Assembly (NCBI RefSeq): GCF_003018255.1
Contig: NZ_CP027440.1
DNA: 64,000 nt
Direction: 5' to 3' (one strand)
Source of the DNA: Escherichia coli
Lineage (GTDB): Bacteria; Pseudomonadota; Gammaproteobacteria; Enterobacterales; Enterobacteriaceae
The notes under the pieces were generated by a model. That model searched no databases. It had not been told where the DNA came from and saw only the letters and a program-made list of their open reading frames with translations. Made by a program: the position numbers and the translations under genes. Each line of letters starts with the position of its first letter. Position 1 is the stretch's first letter. Shown here piece by piece: positions 1-13,361 of the stretch.

Positions 1-64
1 GCGTAAAACGCAGACTGCGTAGAAATCGTGGTGGCAGCCCCAATTTAACCAAATAAATGAGGAT

Positions 65-1114
65 GTGATGACACAACCAATGCCTGGGAAACCGGCCGAA
101 GACGCTGAAAATGAACTGGATATTCGTGGGTTGTTTCGTACCTTGTGGGCTGGGAAGCTGTGGATTATTGGCATGGGGCTGGCGTTTGCGTTAATCGCGC
201 TGGCGTATACTTTTTTTGCTCGCCAGGAGTGGAGCTCGACAGCGATTACCGATCGTCCAACGGTGAATATGCTGGGGGGATATTACTCACAGCAGCAATT
301 TTTGCGTAACCTGGATGTCCGTTCAAACATGGCTTCTGCCGACCAACCATCGGTCATGGACGAAGCTTATAAAGAGTTTGTTATGCAACTGGCCTCGTGG
401 GATACCCGCAGAGAGTTCTGGCTGCAAACCGACTATTACAAACAGCGGATGGTGGGCAACAGCAAAGCCGATGCGGCGTTGCTGGATGAAATGATCAACA
501 ACATCGTGTTTATTCCCGGTGACTTCACCCGCGCGGTCAATGACAGCGTGAAGCTGATTGCCGAAACTGCGCCTGACGCTAATAACCTGTTACGTCAGTA
601 TGTTGCTTTTGCCAGCCAGCGTGCAGCCAGCCATCTGAATGATGAGCTGAAAGGCGCATGGGCGGCACGCACCATCCAGATGAAAGCTCAGGTGAAGCGT
701 CAGGAAGAGGTGGCGAAAGCCATCTACGATCGCCGGATGAACAGTATTGAACAGGCGCTGAAAATTGCTGAGCAGCATAATATTTCGCGCAGTGCGACAG
801 ATGTGCCTGCCGAGGAATTACCTGATTCAGAAATGTTCCTGCTTGGGCGTCCAATGCTCCAGGCTCGACTGGAAAATTTACAGGCCGTCGGTCCGGCCTT
901 TGATCTCGACTATGATCAGAATCGGGCCATGTTAAACACCCTGAATGTTGGTCCAACCCTGGATCCGCGTTTTCAGACCTATCGCTATTTTCGTACGCCG
1001 GAAGAACCGGTAAAACGCGATAGCCCACGTCGTGCCTTCCTGATGATTATGTGGGGCATTGTCGGGGGACTGATCGGGGCTGGTGTCGCATTAACCCGCC
1101 GTTGCTCGAAATAG
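65..1114 (+). CDS. wzzE: ECA polysaccharide chain-length modulation protein
   Basis: 349 aa ORF; N-terminus [23 protein letters not shown] with TM segments at both ends typical of Wzz/PCP; first gene of the ECA cluster order. Confidence 0.9.
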   Translation: MMTQPMPGKPAEDAENELDIRGLFRTLWAGKLWIIGMGLAFALIALAYTFFARQEWSSTAITDRPTVNMLGGYYSQQQFLRNLDVRSNMASADQPSVMDEAYKEFVMQLASWDTRREFWLQTDYYKQRMVGNSKADAALLDEMINNIVFIPGDFTRAVNDSVKLIAETAPDANNLLRQYVAFASQRAASHLNDELKGAWAARTIQMKAQVKRQEEVAKAIYDRRMNSIEQALKIAEQHNISRSATDVPAEELPDSEMFLLGRPMLQARLENLQAVGPAFDLDYDQNRAMLNTLNVGPTLDPRFQTYRYFRTPEEPVKRDSPRRAFLMIMWGIVGGLIGAGVALTRRCSK

Positions 1115-1169
1115 CAACACTGCTGCGGTGAGCGCAAAGGCGCTCGCCGCTTATTCGAAGAGAATCGAT

Positions 1170-2300
1170 GTGAAAGTACTGACTGTATTTGGTACGCGCC
1201 CGGAAGCCATCAAGATGGCGCCGTTGGTGCATGCGTTGGCAAAAGATCCTTTTTTTGAGGCTAAAGTTTGCGTCACTGCGCAGCATCGGGAGATGCTCGA
1301 TCAGGTGCTGAAACTCTTTTCCATTGTACCTGACTACGATCTCAACATAATGCAGCCAGGACAGGGCCTTACAGAGATAACCTGTCGGATTCTGGAAGGG
1401 CTAAAACCTATTCTTGCCGAGTTCAAACCAGACGTCGTGCTGGTTCACGGCGATACTACGACGACGCTGGCAACCAGCCTGGCGGCGTTTTATCAGCGTA
1501 TTCCTGTTGGTCACGTTGAGGCTGGTCTGCGCACGGGCGATCTCTATTCGCCGTGGCCGGAAGAGGCTAACCGTACATTGACCGGGCATCTGGCGATGTA
1601 TCACTTCTCTCCAACCGAAACTTCCCGGCAAAACTTGCTGCGTGAAAACGTTGCGGATAGCCGAATCTTCATTACTGGTAATACAGTCATTGATGCACTG
1701 TTATGGGTGCGTGACCAGGTGATGAGCAGCGACACGCTGCGTTCAGAACTGGCGGCAAATTACCCGTTTATCGACCCCAATAAAAAAATGATTCTGGTGA
1801 CCGGTCACAGGCGTGAGAGCTTCGGTCGTGGCTTTGAAGAAATCTGCCATGCGCTGGCAGACATCGCCACCACGCACCAGGACATCCAGATTGTCTATCC
1901 GGTGCATCTCAACCCGAACGTCAGAGAGCCGGTCAATCGCATTCTGGGGCACGTGAAAAATGTCATTCTGATCGATCCCCAGGAGTATTTACCGTTTGTC
2001 TGGCTGATGAACCACGCCTGGCTGATTTTGACCGACTCAGGCGGCATTCAGGAAGAAGCGCCTTCGCTGGGGAAACCGGTGCTGGTAATGCGCGATACCA
2101 CTGAGCGTCCGGAAGCGGTGACGGCGGGTACGGTGCGTCTGGTAGGCACGGATAAGCAGCGAATTGTCGAGGAAGTGACGCGTCTTTTAAAAGACGAAAA
2201 CGAATATCAAGCTATGAGCCGCGCCCATAACCCGTATGGTGATGGTCAGGCATGCTCTCGCATTCTGGAAGCGTTAAAAAATAATCGGATATCACTATGA
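1170..2300 (+). CDS. wecB: UDP-N-acetylglucosamine 2-epimerase
   Basis: ORF track starts at 1128; in-frame GTG at 1170 ([18 protein letters not shown]) gives the expected 376 aa non-hydrolysing epimerase; stop overlaps next start (ATGA at 2297-2300). Confidence 0.9.
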   Translation: MKVLTVFGTRPEAIKMAPLVHALAKDPFFEAKVCVTAQHREMLDQVLKLFSIVPDYDLNIMQPGQGLTEITCRILEGLKPILAEFKPDVVLVHGDTTTTLATSLAAFYQRIPVGHVEAGLRTGDLYSPWPEEANRTLTGHLAMYHFSPTETSRQNLLRENVADSRIFITGNTVIDALLWVRDQVMSSDTLRSELAANYPFIDPNKKMILVTGHRRESFGRGFEEICHALADIATTHQDIQIVYPVHLNPNVREPVNRILGHVKNVILIDPQEYLPFVWLMNHAWLILTDSGGIQEEAPSLGKPVLVMRDTTERPEAVTAGTVRLVGTDKQRIVEEVTRLLKDENEYQAMSRAHNPYGDGQACSRILEALKNNRISL

Positions 2301-3559
2301 GTTTTGCGACCATTTCTGTTATCGGACTGGGTTACATCGGGCTGCCTACAGCAGCTGCGTTTGCCTCTCGGCAAAAACAGGTGATTGGTGTCGATATCAA
2401 CCAACACGCAGTTGATACCATCAATCGTGGCGAAATCCATATCGTCGAACCTGATTTGGCGAGCGTAGTAAAAACTGCCGTAGAAGGCGGTTTTTTACGA
2501 GCGAGCACGACGCCAGTTGAAGCGGATGCCTGGCTGATTGCTGTACCCACGCCGTTTAAAGGCGATCATGAGCCAGATATGACCTACGTTGAATCGGCTG
2601 CTCGCTCCATTGCGCCAGTGCTGAAAAAAGGCGCGCTGGTGATCCTTGAATCCACCTCGCCGGTGGGGTCAACCGAGAAGATGGCAGAATGGTTAGCAGA
2701 GATGCGTCCAGATCTCACTTTCCCACAGCAGGTGGGTGAGTTGGCGGACGTCAACATTGCTTACTGCCCGGAACGCGTGTTACCGGGCCAGGTTATGGTC
2801 GAGCTGATTAAAAACGATCGCGTGATTGGTGGTATGACGCCGGTTTGTTCGGCCCGCGCCAGCGAACTGTACAAAATTTTCCTCGAAGGTGAGTGTGTCG
2901 TCACTAACTCGCGGACGGCGGAAATGTGTAAGCTCACCGAAAACAGCTTCCGCGATGTGAATATCGCTTTTGCTAACGAACTGTCGCTGATTTGTGCCGA
3001 TCAGGGAATTAACGTCTGGGAACTGATTCGCCTGGCGAATCGTCACCCTCGCGTTAATATTCTTCAGCCTGGTCCTGGCGTGGGCGGTCACTGCATTGCT
3101 GTTGATCCGTGGTTTATCGTGGCACAGAACCCGCAGCAGGCGCGGCTTATCCGTACCGCGCGCGAAGTGAACGATCACAAACCGTTCTGGGTTATCGATC
3201 AGGTGAAAGCGGCGGTTGCCGACTGCCTTGCTGCTACCGATAAACGCGCCAGTGAACTGAAAATCGCCTGCTTTGGTCTGGCGTTTAAACCGAATATTGA
3301 TGACCTGCGCGAAAGCCCGGCGATGGAAATCGCTGAACTGATCGCCCAGTGGCATAGCGGCGAAACTCTGGTTGTTGAGCCTAACATCCACCAGTTGCCG
3401 AAAAAACTGACCGGGCTTTGTACTCTGGCGCAGCTTGACGAGGCGCTGGCAACGGCAGACGTGCTGGTGATGCTGGTCGATCATAGTCAGTTCAAAGTTA
3501 TCAATGGCGACAATGTCCATCAGCAGTATGTCGTCGATGCCAAAGGAGTCTGGCGCTGA
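2297..3559 (+). CDS. wecC: UDP-N-acetyl-D-mannosamine dehydrogenase
   Basis: 420 aa; N-terminal Rossmann motif [15 protein letters not shown]; UDP-sugar dehydrogenase family; position in ECA cluster. Confidence 0.9.
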   Translation: MSFATISVIGLGYIGLPTAAAFASRQKQVIGVDINQHAVDTINRGEIHIVEPDLASVVKTAVEGGFLRASTTPVEADAWLIAVPTPFKGDHEPDMTYVESAARSIAPVLKKGALVILESTSPVGSTEKMAEWLAEMRPDLTFPQQVGELADVNIAYCPERVLPGQVMVELIKNDRVIGGMTPVCSARASELYKIFLEGECVVTNSRTAEMCKLTENSFRDVNIAFANELSLICADQGINVWELIRLANRHPRVNILQPGPGVGGHCIAVDPWFIVAQNPQQARLIRTAREVNDHKPFWVIDQVKAAVADCLAATDKRASELKIACFGLAFKPNIDDLRESPAMEIAELIAQWHSGETLVVEPNIHQLPKKLTGLCTLAQLDEALATADVLVMLVDHSQFKVINGDNVHQQYVVDAKGVWR

Positions 3560-4626
3560 TGAGAAAAATTCTGATAACAGGTGGTGCCGGGTTTATTGGC
3601 TCGGCGCTGGTGCGTTATATCATCAACGAAACGAGCGACGCGGTGGTAGTGGTCGATAAGCTGACCTACGCCGGAAATCTGATGTCGCTGGCACCGGTCG
3701 CGCAAAGCGAGCGCTTTGCCTTTGAGAAAGTTGATATCTGCGATCGGGCAGAACTGGCGCGCGTATTCACTGAGCATCAGCCAGACTGTGTCATGCATCT
3801 GGCAGCCGAAAGCCATGTTGACCGTTCTATTGACGGCCCGGCAGCGTTTGTTGAAACCAACATTGTCGGGACTTATACATTGCTTGAAGCGGCGCGGGCT
3901 TACTGGAATGCGCTGACGGAAGATAAAAAATCAGCGTTCCGTTTTCATCATATCTCTACCGACGAAGTATATGGTGACCTGCACTCGACGGATGATTTCT
4001 TCACCGAAACCACGCCGTATGCGCCGAGCAGCCCTTATTCCGCGTCAAAAGCCAGCAGCGACCATCTGGTGCGCGCCTGGCTGCGGACCTATGGTCTGCC
4101 GACGCTTATCACCAACTGCTCGAATAACTACGGCCCTTACCACTTTCCGGAAAAACTGATCCCGCTGATGATCCTCAACGCGCTGGCGGGTAAACCGCTG
4201 CCGGTATATGGCAACGGGCAGCAAATCCGTGACTGGCTGTATGTTGATGATCACGCCCGCGCGCTGTATTGCGTGGCGACCACAGGGAAAGTCGGTGAAA
4301 CCTATAATATTGGTGGTCACAACGAGCGTAAGAATCTCGATGTTGTGGAAACCATTTGCGAGCTGCTGGAAGAACTGGCTCCGAATAAGCCGCACGGCGT
4401 GGCGCACTATCGTGACCTGATCACCTTTGTCGCTGACCGTCCGGGGCATGATCTGCGTTATGCCATTGATGCTTCGAAAATTGCCCGTGAACTTGGCTGG
4501 CTGCCGCAGGAAACCTTTGAAAGTGGAATGCGTAAAACGGTGCAGTGGTATCTGGCTAATGAAAGCTGGTGTAAGCAGGTGCAGGACGGCAGCTATCAGG
4601 GCGAGCGTTTAGGTCTGAAAGGCTAA
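3559..4626 (+). CDS. rffG: dTDP-glucose 4,6-dehydratase
   Basis: 355 aa; [12 protein letters not shown]-binding motif and YSASK catalytic motif of the SDR-type RmlB family. Confidence 0.9.
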   Translation: MRKILITGGAGFIGSALVRYIINETSDAVVVVDKLTYAGNLMSLAPVAQSERFAFEKVDICDRAELARVFTEHQPDCVMHLAAESHVDRSIDGPAAFVETNIVGTYTLLEAARAYWNALTEDKKSAFRFHHISTDEVYGDLHSTDDFFTETTPYAPSSPYSASKASSDHLVRAWLRTYGLPTLITNCSNNYGPYHFPEKLIPLMILNALAGKPLPVYGNGQQIRDWLYVDDHARALYCVATTGKVGETYNIGGHNERKNLDVVETICELLEELAPNKPHGVAHYRDLITFVADRPGHDLRYAIDASKIARELGWLPQETFESGMRKTVQWYLANESWCKQVQDGSYQGERLGLKG

Positions 4627-4644
4627 TTTTCAGCGGAGGTAAAC

Positions 4645-5526
4645 ATGAAAGGTATTATCCTGGCGGGCGGTTCCGGCACCCGATTGCATCCGATTACGCG
4701 CGGCGTATCGAAGCAACTGTTGCCGATTTACGATAAGCCAATGATTTACTATCCGCTGTCGGTGCTGATGCTGGCCGGTATCCGCGAAATTCTCATCATC
4801 ACTACGCCGGAAGATAAAGGTTATTTCCAGCGCCTGCTGGGCGATGGTAGTGAGTTCGGTATCCAGCTGGAATATGCCGAGCAGCCCAGTCCGGACGGTC
4901 TGGCGCAGGCCTTTATCATCGGTGAAACCTTCCTCAACGGTGAACCTTCTTGTCTGGTGCTGGGCGATAACATCTTCTTCGGACAGGGCTTCAGTCCGAA
5001 GCTGCGTCATGTTGCGGCGCGCACGCAAGGCGCGACGGTATTTGGCTATCAGGTGATGGATCCGGAACGCTTTGGCGTCGTGGAGTTTGACGACAATTTC
5101 CGCGCTATCTCGCTGGAAGAAAAGCCAAAACAGCCGAAGTCAAACTGGGCGGTGACCGGGCTTTATTTCTACGACAGTAAAGTCGTGGAGTACGCAAAGC
5201 AGGTGAAGCCGTCGGAGCGTGGTGAACTGGAGATTACCTCCATCAACCAGATGTACCTCGAGGCGGGCAACCTGACCGTTGAACTGCTCGGGCGCGGATT
5301 TGCCTGGCTGGACACTGGCACTCACGACAGCCTGATTGAAGCCAGCACCTTTGTACAGACGGTGGAAAAACGCCAGGGCTTTAAGATTGCCTGCCTGGAA
5401 GAGATCGCCTGGCGTAACGGCTGGCTTGATGACGAAGGCGTGAAGCGCGCCGCCAGCTCGCTGGCGAAAACTGGCTACGGCCAATATCTGCTGGAGTTAC
5501 TTCGTGCCCGTCCGCGCCAGTATTGA
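4645..5526 (+). CDS. rffH: glucose-1-phosphate thymidylyltransferase
   Basis: 293 aa; [18 protein letters not shown] nucleotidyltransferase signature (RmlA family). Confidence 0.9.
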   Translation: MKGIILAGGSGTRLHPITRGVSKQLLPIYDKPMIYYPLSVLMLAGIREILIITTPEDKGYFQRLLGDGSEFGIQLEYAEQPSPDGLAQAFIIGETFLNGEPSCLVLGDNIFFGQGFSPKLRHVAARTQGATVFGYQVMDPERFGVVEFDDNFRAISLEEKPKQPKSNWAVTGLYFYDSKVVEYAKQVKPSERGELEITSINQMYLEAGNLTVELLGRGFAWLDTGTHDSLIEASTFVQTVEKRQGFKIACLEEIAWRNGWLDDEGVKRAASSLAKTGYGQYLLELLRARPRQY

Positions 5527-6178
5527 GCCACTAACCTGGGAAAACGCCTTCTTTGGTGTTAACAGCGCCATTGTGCGCATTAGTCCTGAAGCACCGCTCC
5601 TGACGCCAGACGCCTTAGCGCCGTGGTCACGGGTGCAGGCCAAAATTGCGGCATCAAATACGGATGAACTGGATGCCTTGCAACAGCTGGGATTCTCCCT
5701 GGTAGAAGGTGAAGTTGATTTGGCGCTACCCGTAAACAATGTCAGTGATAGTGGTGCTGTAGTGGCACAAGAGACCGATATTCCCGCATTACGTCAGTTA
5801 GCCAGCGCCGCATTTGCGCAAAGCCGTTTTCGTGCGCCGTGGTATGCGCCTGACGCCAGCGGTCGCTTTTATGCACAGTGGATTGAAAATGCCGTGCGCG
5901 GCACCTTTGATCATCAATGCCTCATTTTACGTTCGGCGTCCGGCGATATTCGTGGCTATGTCTCTTTACGGGAACTCAATGCGACAGATGCGCGAATTGG
6001 CCTGCTGGCTGGACGCGGTGCAGGTGCTGAGCTGATGCAAACAGCGCTAAACTGGGCGTATGCTCGCGGTAAAACAACTTTGCGGGTGGCGACCCAAATG
6101 GGCAACACCGCCGCGCTAAAACGATACATACAAAGTGGTGCGAATGTAGAAAGCACCGCGTACTGGTTATACAGGTGA
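5504..6178 (+). CDS. wecD: dTDP-fucosamine acetyltransferase
   Basis: 224 aa GTG-initiated ORF in the expected ECA position between rffH and wecE; GNAT-like C-terminal region. Confidence 0.8.
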   Translation: MPVRASIEPLTWENAFFGVNSAIVRISPEAPLLTPDALAPWSRVQAKIAASNTDELDALQQLGFSLVEGEVDLALPVNNVSDSGAVVAQETDIPALRQLASAAFAQSRFRAPWYAPDASGRFYAQWIENAVRGTFDHQCLILRSASGDIRGYVSLRELNATDARIGLLAGRGAGAELMQTALNWAYARGKTTLRVATQMGNTAALKRYIQSGANVESTAYWLYR

Positions 6179-6182
6179 TCAC

Positions 6183-7313
6183 ATGATTCCATTTAACGCA
6201 CCGCCGGTGGTGGGAACCGAACTCGACTATATGCAGTCGGCAATGGGTAGTGGCAAACTGTGTGGCGATGGCGGTTTTACCCGTCGCTGCCAGCAGTGGC
6301 TGGAGCAACGTTTTGGCAGCGCCAAAGTGTTACTGACGCCATCCTGCACCGCTTCGCTGGAGATGGCGGCGCTGCTGCTCGATATCCAGCCTGGCGATGA
6401 AGTGATCATGCCGAGCTACACCTTTGTCTCCACCGCCAATGCCTTTGTGCTGCGTGGCGCAAAAATCGTTTTTGTGGATGTTCGCCCGGACACCATGAAC
6501 ATCGACGAAACGCTGATTGAAGCGGCGATCACCGACAAAACGCGCGTTATCGTGCCGGTCCATTACGCGGGTGTGGCCTGCGAAATGGACACCATTATGG
6601 CGTTGGCGAAAAAGCATAATCTGTTTGTGGTGGAAGATGCTGCTCAGGGCGTGATGTCCACTTACAAAGGGCGTGCACTGGGAACCATTGGTCATATTGG
6701 CTGCTTTAGCTTCCATGAAACCAAAAACTACACGGCGGGCGGTGAAGGCGGCGCGACGCTGATTAACGATAAAGCGTTGATCGAACGAGCCGAGATCATC
6801 CGTGAAAAAGGCACAAACCGCAGCCAGTTCTTCCGTGGTCAGGTCGATAAATATACCTGGCGCGATATTGGCTCCAGCTATTTGATGTCCGATCTGCAAG
6901 CTGCGTACCTGTGGGCGCAACTGGAAGCAGCGGATCGTATCAATCAGCAACGTCTGGCGCTGTGGCAAAACTACTACGATGCGTTAGCACCTCTGGCGAA
7001 AGCCGGGCGTATCGAGCTGCCGTCGATTCCCGATGGCTGCGTGCAGAACGCGCATATGTTCTACATTAAACTGCGGGATATTGATGACCGGAGCGCGTTG
7101 ATTAACTTTCTGAAAGAAGCGGAAATCATGGCGGTGTTCCATTACATTCCGCTGCACGGTTGCCCTGCGGGGGAACGCTTTGGTGAGTTCCACGGTGAAG
7201 ATCGCTACACCACCAAAGAGAGCGAGCGCCTGCTGCGCCTGCCGCTGTTCTACAACCTGTCGCCCGTCAATCAGCGTACGGTAATTGCGACTTTGTTGAA
7301 CTACTTCTCCTGA
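6183..7313 (+). CDS. wecE: dTDP-4-amino-4,6-dideoxygalactose transaminase
   Basis: 376 aa; DegT/DnrJ/EryC1 PLP-dependent aminotransferase features (FSFHETKNYT lysine region). Confidence 0.9.
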   Translation: MIPFNAPPVVGTELDYMQSAMGSGKLCGDGGFTRRCQQWLEQRFGSAKVLLTPSCTASLEMAALLLDIQPGDEVIMPSYTFVSTANAFVLRGAKIVFVDVRPDTMNIDETLIEAAITDKTRVIVPVHYAGVACEMDTIMALAKKHNLFVVEDAAQGVMSTYKGRALGTIGHIGCFSFHETKNYTAGGEGGATLINDKALIERAEIIREKGTNRSQFFRGQVDKYTWRDIGSSYLMSDLQAAYLWAQLEAADRINQQRLALWQNYYDALAPLAKAGRIELPSIPDGCVQNAHMFYIKLRDIDDRSALINFLKEAEIMAVFHYIPLHGCPAGERFGEFHGEDRYTTKESERLLRLPLFYNLSPVNQRTVIATLLNYFS

Positions 7314-7314
7314 T

Positions 7315-8565
7315 ATGTCGTTGGCAAAAGCGTCCTTGTGGACGGCGGCCAGTACACTGGTCAAGATTGGTGCCGGGTTACTGGTCGGTAAGTTGCTGGC
7401 GGTGTCATTTGGTCCGGCGGGGCTTGGGCTGGCGGCAAATTTCCGCCAGTTGATTACCGTGCTCGGCGTGCTTGCCGGGGCGGGCATCTTTAATGGCGTA
7501 ACCAAATACGTTGCTCAGTACCATGATAATCCGCAGCAGCTGCGCCGCGTGGTCGGCACTTCATCAGCGATGGTACTTGGTTTCTCTACGCTGATGGCGC
7601 TGGTTTTTGTGCTGGCAGCTGCGCCAATCAGCCAGGGATTGTTTGGTAATACCGACTATCAGGGGCTGGTGCGTTTAGTGGCGCTGGTGCAAATGGGGAT
7701 CGCCTGGGGCAACCTGTTACTGGCGCTGATGAAAGGCTTTCGCGATGCCGCAGGTAATGCGTTATCCCTGATTGTCGGCAGCTTGATTGGCGTTCTCGCG
7801 TACTACGTCAGTTACCGTTTGGGCGGTTATGAAGGGGCGTTGCTGGGGCTGGCGTTGATTCCCGCGCTGGTGGTGATTCCTGCCGTCATCATGCTAATTA
7901 AGCGTGGTGCAATCCCGTTAAGCTATCTGAAACCCAGCTGGGATAACGGCCTGGCAGGGCAGTTGAGCAAATTTACGCTCATGGCGTTGATTACGTCGGT
8001 GACCTTGCCTGTTGCTTACATCATGATGCGTAAACTGCTGGCGGCGCAGTATAGCTGGGATGAGGTGGGGATCTGGCAAGGGGTGAGCAGTATTTCCGAT
8101 GCCTACCTGCAATTTATTACGGCATCGTTCAGCGTATATTTGCTGCCCACGTTGTCGCGGCTAACGGAAAAGCGCGATATCACCCGGGAAGTGGTTAAAT
8201 CGCTGAAATTCGTCTTACCGGCAGTGGCGGCGGCGAGTTTTACCGTCTGGTTGCTGCGTGATTTTGCTATCTGGCTGCTGTTGTCGAATAAATTTACCGC
8301 TATGCGCGATCTCTTTGCCTGGCAGTTAGTGGGTGATGTGTTAAAAGTGGGCGCTTATGTCTTTGGTTATCTGGTGATCGCCAAAGCGTCACTGCGGTTT
8401 TATATTCTGGCGGAAGTCAGCCAGTTCACTTTATTGATGGTATTTGCCCACTGGCTAATCCCTGCGCATGGTGCACTGGGCGCGGCGCAGGCCTATATGG
8501 CAACCTATATCGTCTATTTTTCTCTTTGTTGTGGCGTGTTTTTACTCTGGCGTAGGCGGGCATGA
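7315..8565 (+). CDS. wzxE: ECA lipid III flippase
   Basis: 416 aa polytopic membrane protein of the Wzx/MOP family, in ECA cluster order. Confidence 0.85.
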   Translation: MSLAKASLWTAASTLVKIGAGLLVGKLLAVSFGPAGLGLAANFRQLITVLGVLAGAGIFNGVTKYVAQYHDNPQQLRRVVGTSSAMVLGFSTLMALVFVLAAAPISQGLFGNTDYQGLVRLVALVQMGIAWGNLLLALMKGFRDAAGNALSLIVGSLIGVLAYYVSYRLGGYEGALLGLALIPALVVIPAVIMLIKRGAIPLSYLKPSWDNGLAGQLSKFTLMALITSVTLPVAYIMMRKLLAAQYSWDEVGIWQGVSSISDAYLQFITASFSVYLLPTLSRLTEKRDITREVVKSLKFVLPAVAAASFTVWLLRDFAIWLLLSNKFTAMRDLFAWQLVGDVLKVGAYVFGYLVIAKASLRFYILAEVSQFTLLMVFAHWLIPAHGALGAAQAYMATYIVYFSLCCGVFLLWRRRA

Positions 8566-9641
8566 CTGTACTGATTCACGTACTGGGATCGGATATCCCT
8601 CACCATAACCGAACCGTTTTGCGGTTTTTCAATGACGCGCTGGCCGCGACGAGCGAGCACGCGCGCGAGTTTATGGTTGTTGGCAAGGACGACGGCTTAA
8701 GTGATAGCTGTCTGGCGCTTTCTGTGCAATTTTTCCCTGGGAAAAAATCGCTGGCGGAAGCGGTCATCGCGAAAGCAAAAGCTAACCGTCAGCAGCGTTT
8801 TTTCTTCCACGGTCAGTTCAATCCCACACTGTGGCTGGCTCTGCTGAGTGGTGGCATTAAGCCCAGCCAGTTTTACTGGCATATCTGGGGGGCAGACCTG
8901 TACGAACTTTCCAGTGGCTTGAGATATAAGCTTTTTTACCCACTACGTCGCCTGGCGCAAAAGCGAGTCGGCTGTGTATTTGCCACCCGCGGTGATTTGA
9001 GCTTTTTTGCCAAAACGCACCCAAAGGTGCGGGGCGAACTGCTGTACTTCCCGACGCGGATGGACTCTTCTCTTAATACGATGGTGAACGATCGGCAACG
9101 TGAAGTAAAAATGACCATTCTGGTGGGGAACTCCGGTGACCGCAGCAATGAGCATATTGCTGCCTTGCGCGCCGTTCATCAGCAATTTGGCGATACGGTA
9201 AAAGTGGTGGTGCCGATGGGATATCCGCCTAATAACGAAGCGTACATCGAGGAAGTTCGTCAGGCGGGACTGGAGTTATTCAGCGAAGAAAATCTGCAAG
9301 TTCTGAGCGAAAAACTGGAATTTGACGCCTATCTGACGCTACTTCGTCAGTGCGATCTCGGTTACTTTATTTTTGCCCGCCAGCAGGGCATTGGTACGCT
9401 TTGCTTACTGATTCAGGCGGGCATTCCTTGTGTGCTTAACCGGGAAAATCCGTTCTGGCAGGATATGACGGAACAGCATTTGCCAGTACTGTTTACTACC
9501 GATGATCTCAACGAGGATATTGTGCGTGAAGCGCAGCGCCAGTTGGCGTCGGTGGATAAAAACACCATTGCCTTCTTTAGCCCTAACTATCTACAAGGCT
9601 GGCAGCGGGCGTTGGCGATTGCCGCCGGGGAGGTCGCATGA
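8562..9641 (+). CDS. wecF: TDP-Fuc4NAc:lipid II Fuc4NAc transferase
   Basis: 359 aa; start overlaps wzxE stop (ATGA); synteny with ECA cluster. Confidence 0.85.
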   Translation: MTVLIHVLGSDIPHHNRTVLRFFNDALAATSEHAREFMVVGKDDGLSDSCLALSVQFFPGKKSLAEAVIAKAKANRQQRFFFHGQFNPTLWLALLSGGIKPSQFYWHIWGADLYELSSGLRYKLFYPLRRLAQKRVGCVFATRGDLSFFAKTHPKVRGELLYFPTRMDSSLNTMVNDRQREVKMTILVGNSGDRSNEHIAALRAVHQQFGDTVKVVVPMGYPPNNEAYIEEVRQAGLELFSEENLQVLSEKLEFDAYLTLLRQCDLGYFIFARQQGIGTLCLLIQAGIPCVLNRENPFWQDMTEQHLPVLFTTDDLNEDIVREAQRQLASVDKNTIAFFSPNYLQGWQRALAIAAGEVA

Positions 9642-10990
9642 GTCTGCTGCAATTCAGTGGCCTGTTTGTTGTCTGGCTGCTCTGCACGTTGTTTATTGCC
9701 ACGCTGACCTGGTTTGAGTTTCGCCGTGTGCGCTTTAACTTCAATGTCTTCTTTTCATTGCTGTTTTTGCTCACCTTTTTCTTCGGCTTTCCGCTGACCA
9801 GCGTGCTGGTATTTCGCTTTGATGTTGGTGTCGCGCCGCCAGAAATCTTGTTGCAGGCGTTGCTTTCTGCAGGCTGCTTCTACGCGGTTTACTATGTCAC
9901 CTACAAAACCCGTCTACGCAAACGCGTTGCTGATGCACCGCGCCGTCCGCTGTTTACCATGAACCGCGTGGAGACCAATCTCACGTGGGTGATCCTGATG
10001 GGCATCGCTCTGGTGAGCGTCGGCATCTTCTTCATGCACAACGGCTTTTTGCTGTTCCGGCTTAATTCTTACAGTCAGATCTTTTCCAGCGAAGTCTCCG
10101 GCGTGGCATTAAAACGCTTCTTTTACTTTTTCATCCCGGCGATGCTGGTGGTTTATTTTCTGCGCCAGGATAGCAAAGCGTGGCTGTTTTTCCTCGTCAG
10201 CACGGTTGCCTTTGGCTTGTTGACTTACATGATTGTCGGCGGCACTCGCGCCAATATCATCATCGCATTCGCTATCTTCCTGTTTATTGGCATTATTCGC
10301 GGCTGGATTTCGTTGTGGATGCTGGCGGCGGCGGGCGTGCTGGGGATTGTGGGCATGTTCTGGCTGGCGCTAAAACGTTATGGAATGAATGTGAGCGGCG
10401 ATGAAGCGTTCTATACGTTTCTCTATCTCACCCGCGATACCTTTTCGCCGTGGGAGAATCTGGCGTTGCTGTTGCAGAACTACGACAACATCGACTTCCA
10501 GGGCCTGGCTCCCATTGTCCGCGATTTCTATGTCTTTATCCCTTCCTGGCTGTGGCCGGGTCGCCCGAGTATGGTACTGAACTCCGCCAACTACTTTACC
10601 TGGGAAGTGCTGAATAACCACTCCGGGCTGGCGATCTCGCCTACGCTTATAGGCTCACTGGTGGTGATGGGCGGCGCGTTGTTCATCCCGCTCGGGGCGA
10701 TTGTGGTTGGTCTGATCATCAAATGGTTCGACTGGCTGTATGAGCTGGGCAACCGCGAGACTAATCGCTATAAGGCTGCGATATTGCACAGTTTCTGCTT
10801 CGGGGCGATCTTCAATATGATCGTGCTGGCACGTGAAGGGCTGGATTCGTTTGTCTCACGCGTAGTCTTTTTTATCGTGGTCTTCGGCGCATGTCTGATG
10901 ATCGCAAAACTGTTGTACTGGCTTTTTGAAAGCGCCGGACTCATTCATAAACGTACAAAATCATCGCTCCGGACGCAGGTTGAAGGATAA
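9638..10990 (+). CDS. wzyE: ECA polymerase
   Basis: 450 aa highly hydrophobic multi-TM protein; start overlaps wecF stop; ECA synteny. Confidence 0.85.
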
Positions 10991-10992
10991 CA

Positions 10993-11733
10993 ATGAATAA
11001 CAACACCACGGCACCGACCTATACGCTGCGTGGCTTACAGTTGATTGGTTGGCGTGATATGCAGCACGCCCTCGATTATCTGTTTGCTGACGGGCAGCTT
11101 AAGCAGGGAACGCTGGTTGCCATTAATGCCGAAAAAATGCTGACCATTGAAGATAATGCTGAGGTCAGGGAGCTAATTAACGCTGCCGAATTTAAATATG
11201 CGGATGGCATCAGCGTTGTACGTTCAGTACGTAAAAAGTACCCGCAGGCGCAGGTTTCCCGCGTTGCCGGTGCCGATCTCTGGGAAGAGCTGATGGCGCG
11301 CGCAGGCAAAGAAGGGACGCCGGTATTTCTTGTGGGCGGTAAACCTGAAGTGCTGGCGCAAACTGAAGCTAAACTGCGCAACCAGTGGAATGTGAATATC
11401 GTTGGCAGTCAGGATGGTTATTTTAAACCCGAGCAGCGTCAGGCGCTGTTTGAACGCATTCATGCCAGCGGAGCGCAAATCGTCACCGTTGCGATGGGAT
11501 CGCCAAAGCAGGAGATCTTCATGCGCGACTGCCGTCTGGTGCATCCGGATGCGCTGTATATGGGCGTTGGCGGGACTTACGATGTTTTCACCGGTCACGT
11601 AAAACGTGCACCGAAAATCTGGCAAACGCTGGGGCTGGAGTGGCTCTACCGCCTGCTTTCGCAGCCGAGCCGCATTAAGCGTCAGCTTCGTTTGCTGCGT
11701 TATTTACGCTGGCATTACACCGGCAACCTCTGA
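10993..11733 (+). CDS. wecG: UDP-N-acetyl-D-mannosaminuronic acid transferase
   Basis: 246 aa WecB/TagA/CpsF glycosyltransferase family; last gene of the ECA cluster. Confidence 0.85.
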
Positions 11734-11751
11734 TTTTCCTCTCTCTGTAAA

Positions 11752-11789
11752 GCGACGAAGTGGTCACTTCGTCGCCTTCCTGCTTTTTT
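11752..11789 (+). terminator. Rho-independent terminator after wecG
   Basis: GC-rich hairpin GCGACGAAGTG-GTC-ACTTCGTCGC followed by a T-run (CTGCTTTTTTATT) about 20 nt after the wecG stop. Confidence 0.7.
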
Positions 11790-11923
11790 ATTACACAAAG
11801 CATTCAAATTTTTAATGCTTTATTTGCCATTTCTCCTGAATTACGAAAACATTCGCAACACTCGATGTACCCATAACGATAACCGGTAACACCGGAAAGC
11901 ATGCAAACACAACACGAGGATTT

Positions 11924-13309
11924 ATGGCAGATAACAAACCAGAGCTACAGCGTGGGCTGGAAGCTCGACATATCGAACTCATCGCCCTGGGGGGCACCAT
12001 TGGCGTCGGCCTGTTTATGGGGGCCGCCAGTACCCTGAAATGGGCCGGGCCATCCGTATTGTTGGCCTATATCATCGCCGGGCTGTTCGTCTTTTTCATC
12101 ATGCGTTCAATGGGCGAAATGTTATTCCTCGAACCGGTTACCGGTTCGTTCGCCGTTTATGCGCATCGCTATATGAGCCCGTTCTTTGGCTATCTCACCG
12201 CCTGGTCTTACTGGTTTATGTGGATGGCGGTGGGGATCTCAGAAATCACCGCCATTGGCGTTTATGTCCAGTTCTGGTTCCCGGAGATGGCGCAGTGGAT
12301 ACCCGCATTGATCGCGGTGGCGCTGGTGGCGCTGGCGAATCTGGCGGCGGTGCGGTTGTACGGCGAAATCGAATTCTGGTTCGCGATGATCAAAGTCACT
12401 ACGATTATCGTGATGATTGTCATTGGCCTGGGCGTGATTTTCTTTGGTTTTGGCAATGGCGGGCAGTCGATTGGTTTTAGCAATCTCACAGAGCATGGCG
12501 GTTTCTTTGCGGGTGGCTGGAAAGGGTTCCTGACCGCATTGTGTATTGTGGTGGCGTCCTACCAGGGCGTGGAGCTGATTGGCATTACTGCCGGTGAAGC
12601 GAAGAATCCGCAGGTGACGCTGCGCAGTGCCGTAGGCAAAGTGTTGTGGCGTATCCTGATTTTCTACGTAGGCGCGATTTTCGTTATCGTCACCATCTTC
12701 CCGTGGAATGAAATAGGCAGTAACGGCAGCCCGTTCGTACTGACTTTCGCCAAAATCGGCATTACCGCAGCGGCGGGCATTATCAACTTTGTGGTGCTGA
12801 CGGCTGCGCTCTCTGGCTGTAACAGCGGCATGTACAGTTGCGGACGTATGCTCTACGCATTGGCGAAAAACCGTCAGTTACCGACGGCGATGGCGAAAGT
12901 TTCCCGTCACGGCGTACCGGTTGCGGGTGTGGCAGTATCTATTGCTATCCTGTTAATTGGCTCATGCCTGAACTACATCATTCCCAATCCGCAGCGTGTG
13001 TTTGTCTACGTCTACAGTGCCAGCGTGCTTCCGGGGATGGTGCCATGGTTTGTGATATTGATTAGCCAGCTGCGTTTTCGTCGTGCGCATAAAGCGGCAA
13101 TTGCCAGCCATCCGTTCCGCTCAATCCTGTTCCCGTGGGCCAACTACGTAACAATGGCATTCCTGATTTGCGTTTTGATCGGCATGTACTTTAATGAAGA
13201 TACGCGTATGTCGCTGTTTGTCGGCATCATCTTTATGCTGACGGTGACGGCGATTTATAAAGTTTTTGGGCTTAATCGCCACGGTAAAGCGCATAAACTG
13301 GAGAAATAA
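11924..13309 (+). CDS. yifK: APC-family amino acid permease (threonine/serine transporter)
   Basis: 461 aa with 12 predicted TM segments; amino acid permease N-terminus; K-12 synteny between ECA cluster and argX tRNA operon. Confidence 0.85.
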   Translation: MADNKPELQRGLEARHIELIALGGTIGVGLFMGAASTLKWAGPSVLLAYIIAGLFVFFIMRSMGEMLFLEPVTGSFAVYAHRYMSPFFGYLTAWSYWFMWMAVGISEITAIGVYVQFWFPEMAQWIPALIAVALVALANLAAVRLYGEIEFWFAMIKVTTIIVMIVIGLGVIFFGFGNGGQSIGFSNLTEHGGFFAGGWKGFLTALCIVVASYQGVELIGITAGEAKNPQVTLRSAVGKVLWRILIFYVGAIFVIVTIFPWNEIGSNGSPFVLTFAKIGITAAAGIINFVVLTAALSGCNSGMYSCGRMLYALAKNRQLPTAMAKVSRHGVPVAGVAVSIAILLIGSCLNYIIPNPQRVFVYVYSASVLPGMVPWFVILISQLRFRRAHKAAIASHPFRSILFPWANYVTMAFLICVLIGMYFNEDTRMSLFVGIIFMLTVTAIYKVFGLNRHGKAHKLEK

Positions 13310-13361
13310 GCAGCAAAGCGCACAAACCGTAACCAAACGCGCAATTTATTTAAAAAGGGAC

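Noticed and set aside
1-64. Possible 3' end of wecA (rfe) expected upstream of wzzE
   Set aside because: No open frame ending within the first 64 nt could be traced convincingly, so no feature is reported.
2780-3520. 246 aa minus-strand ORF
   Set aside because: Antisense to wecC; no independent support.
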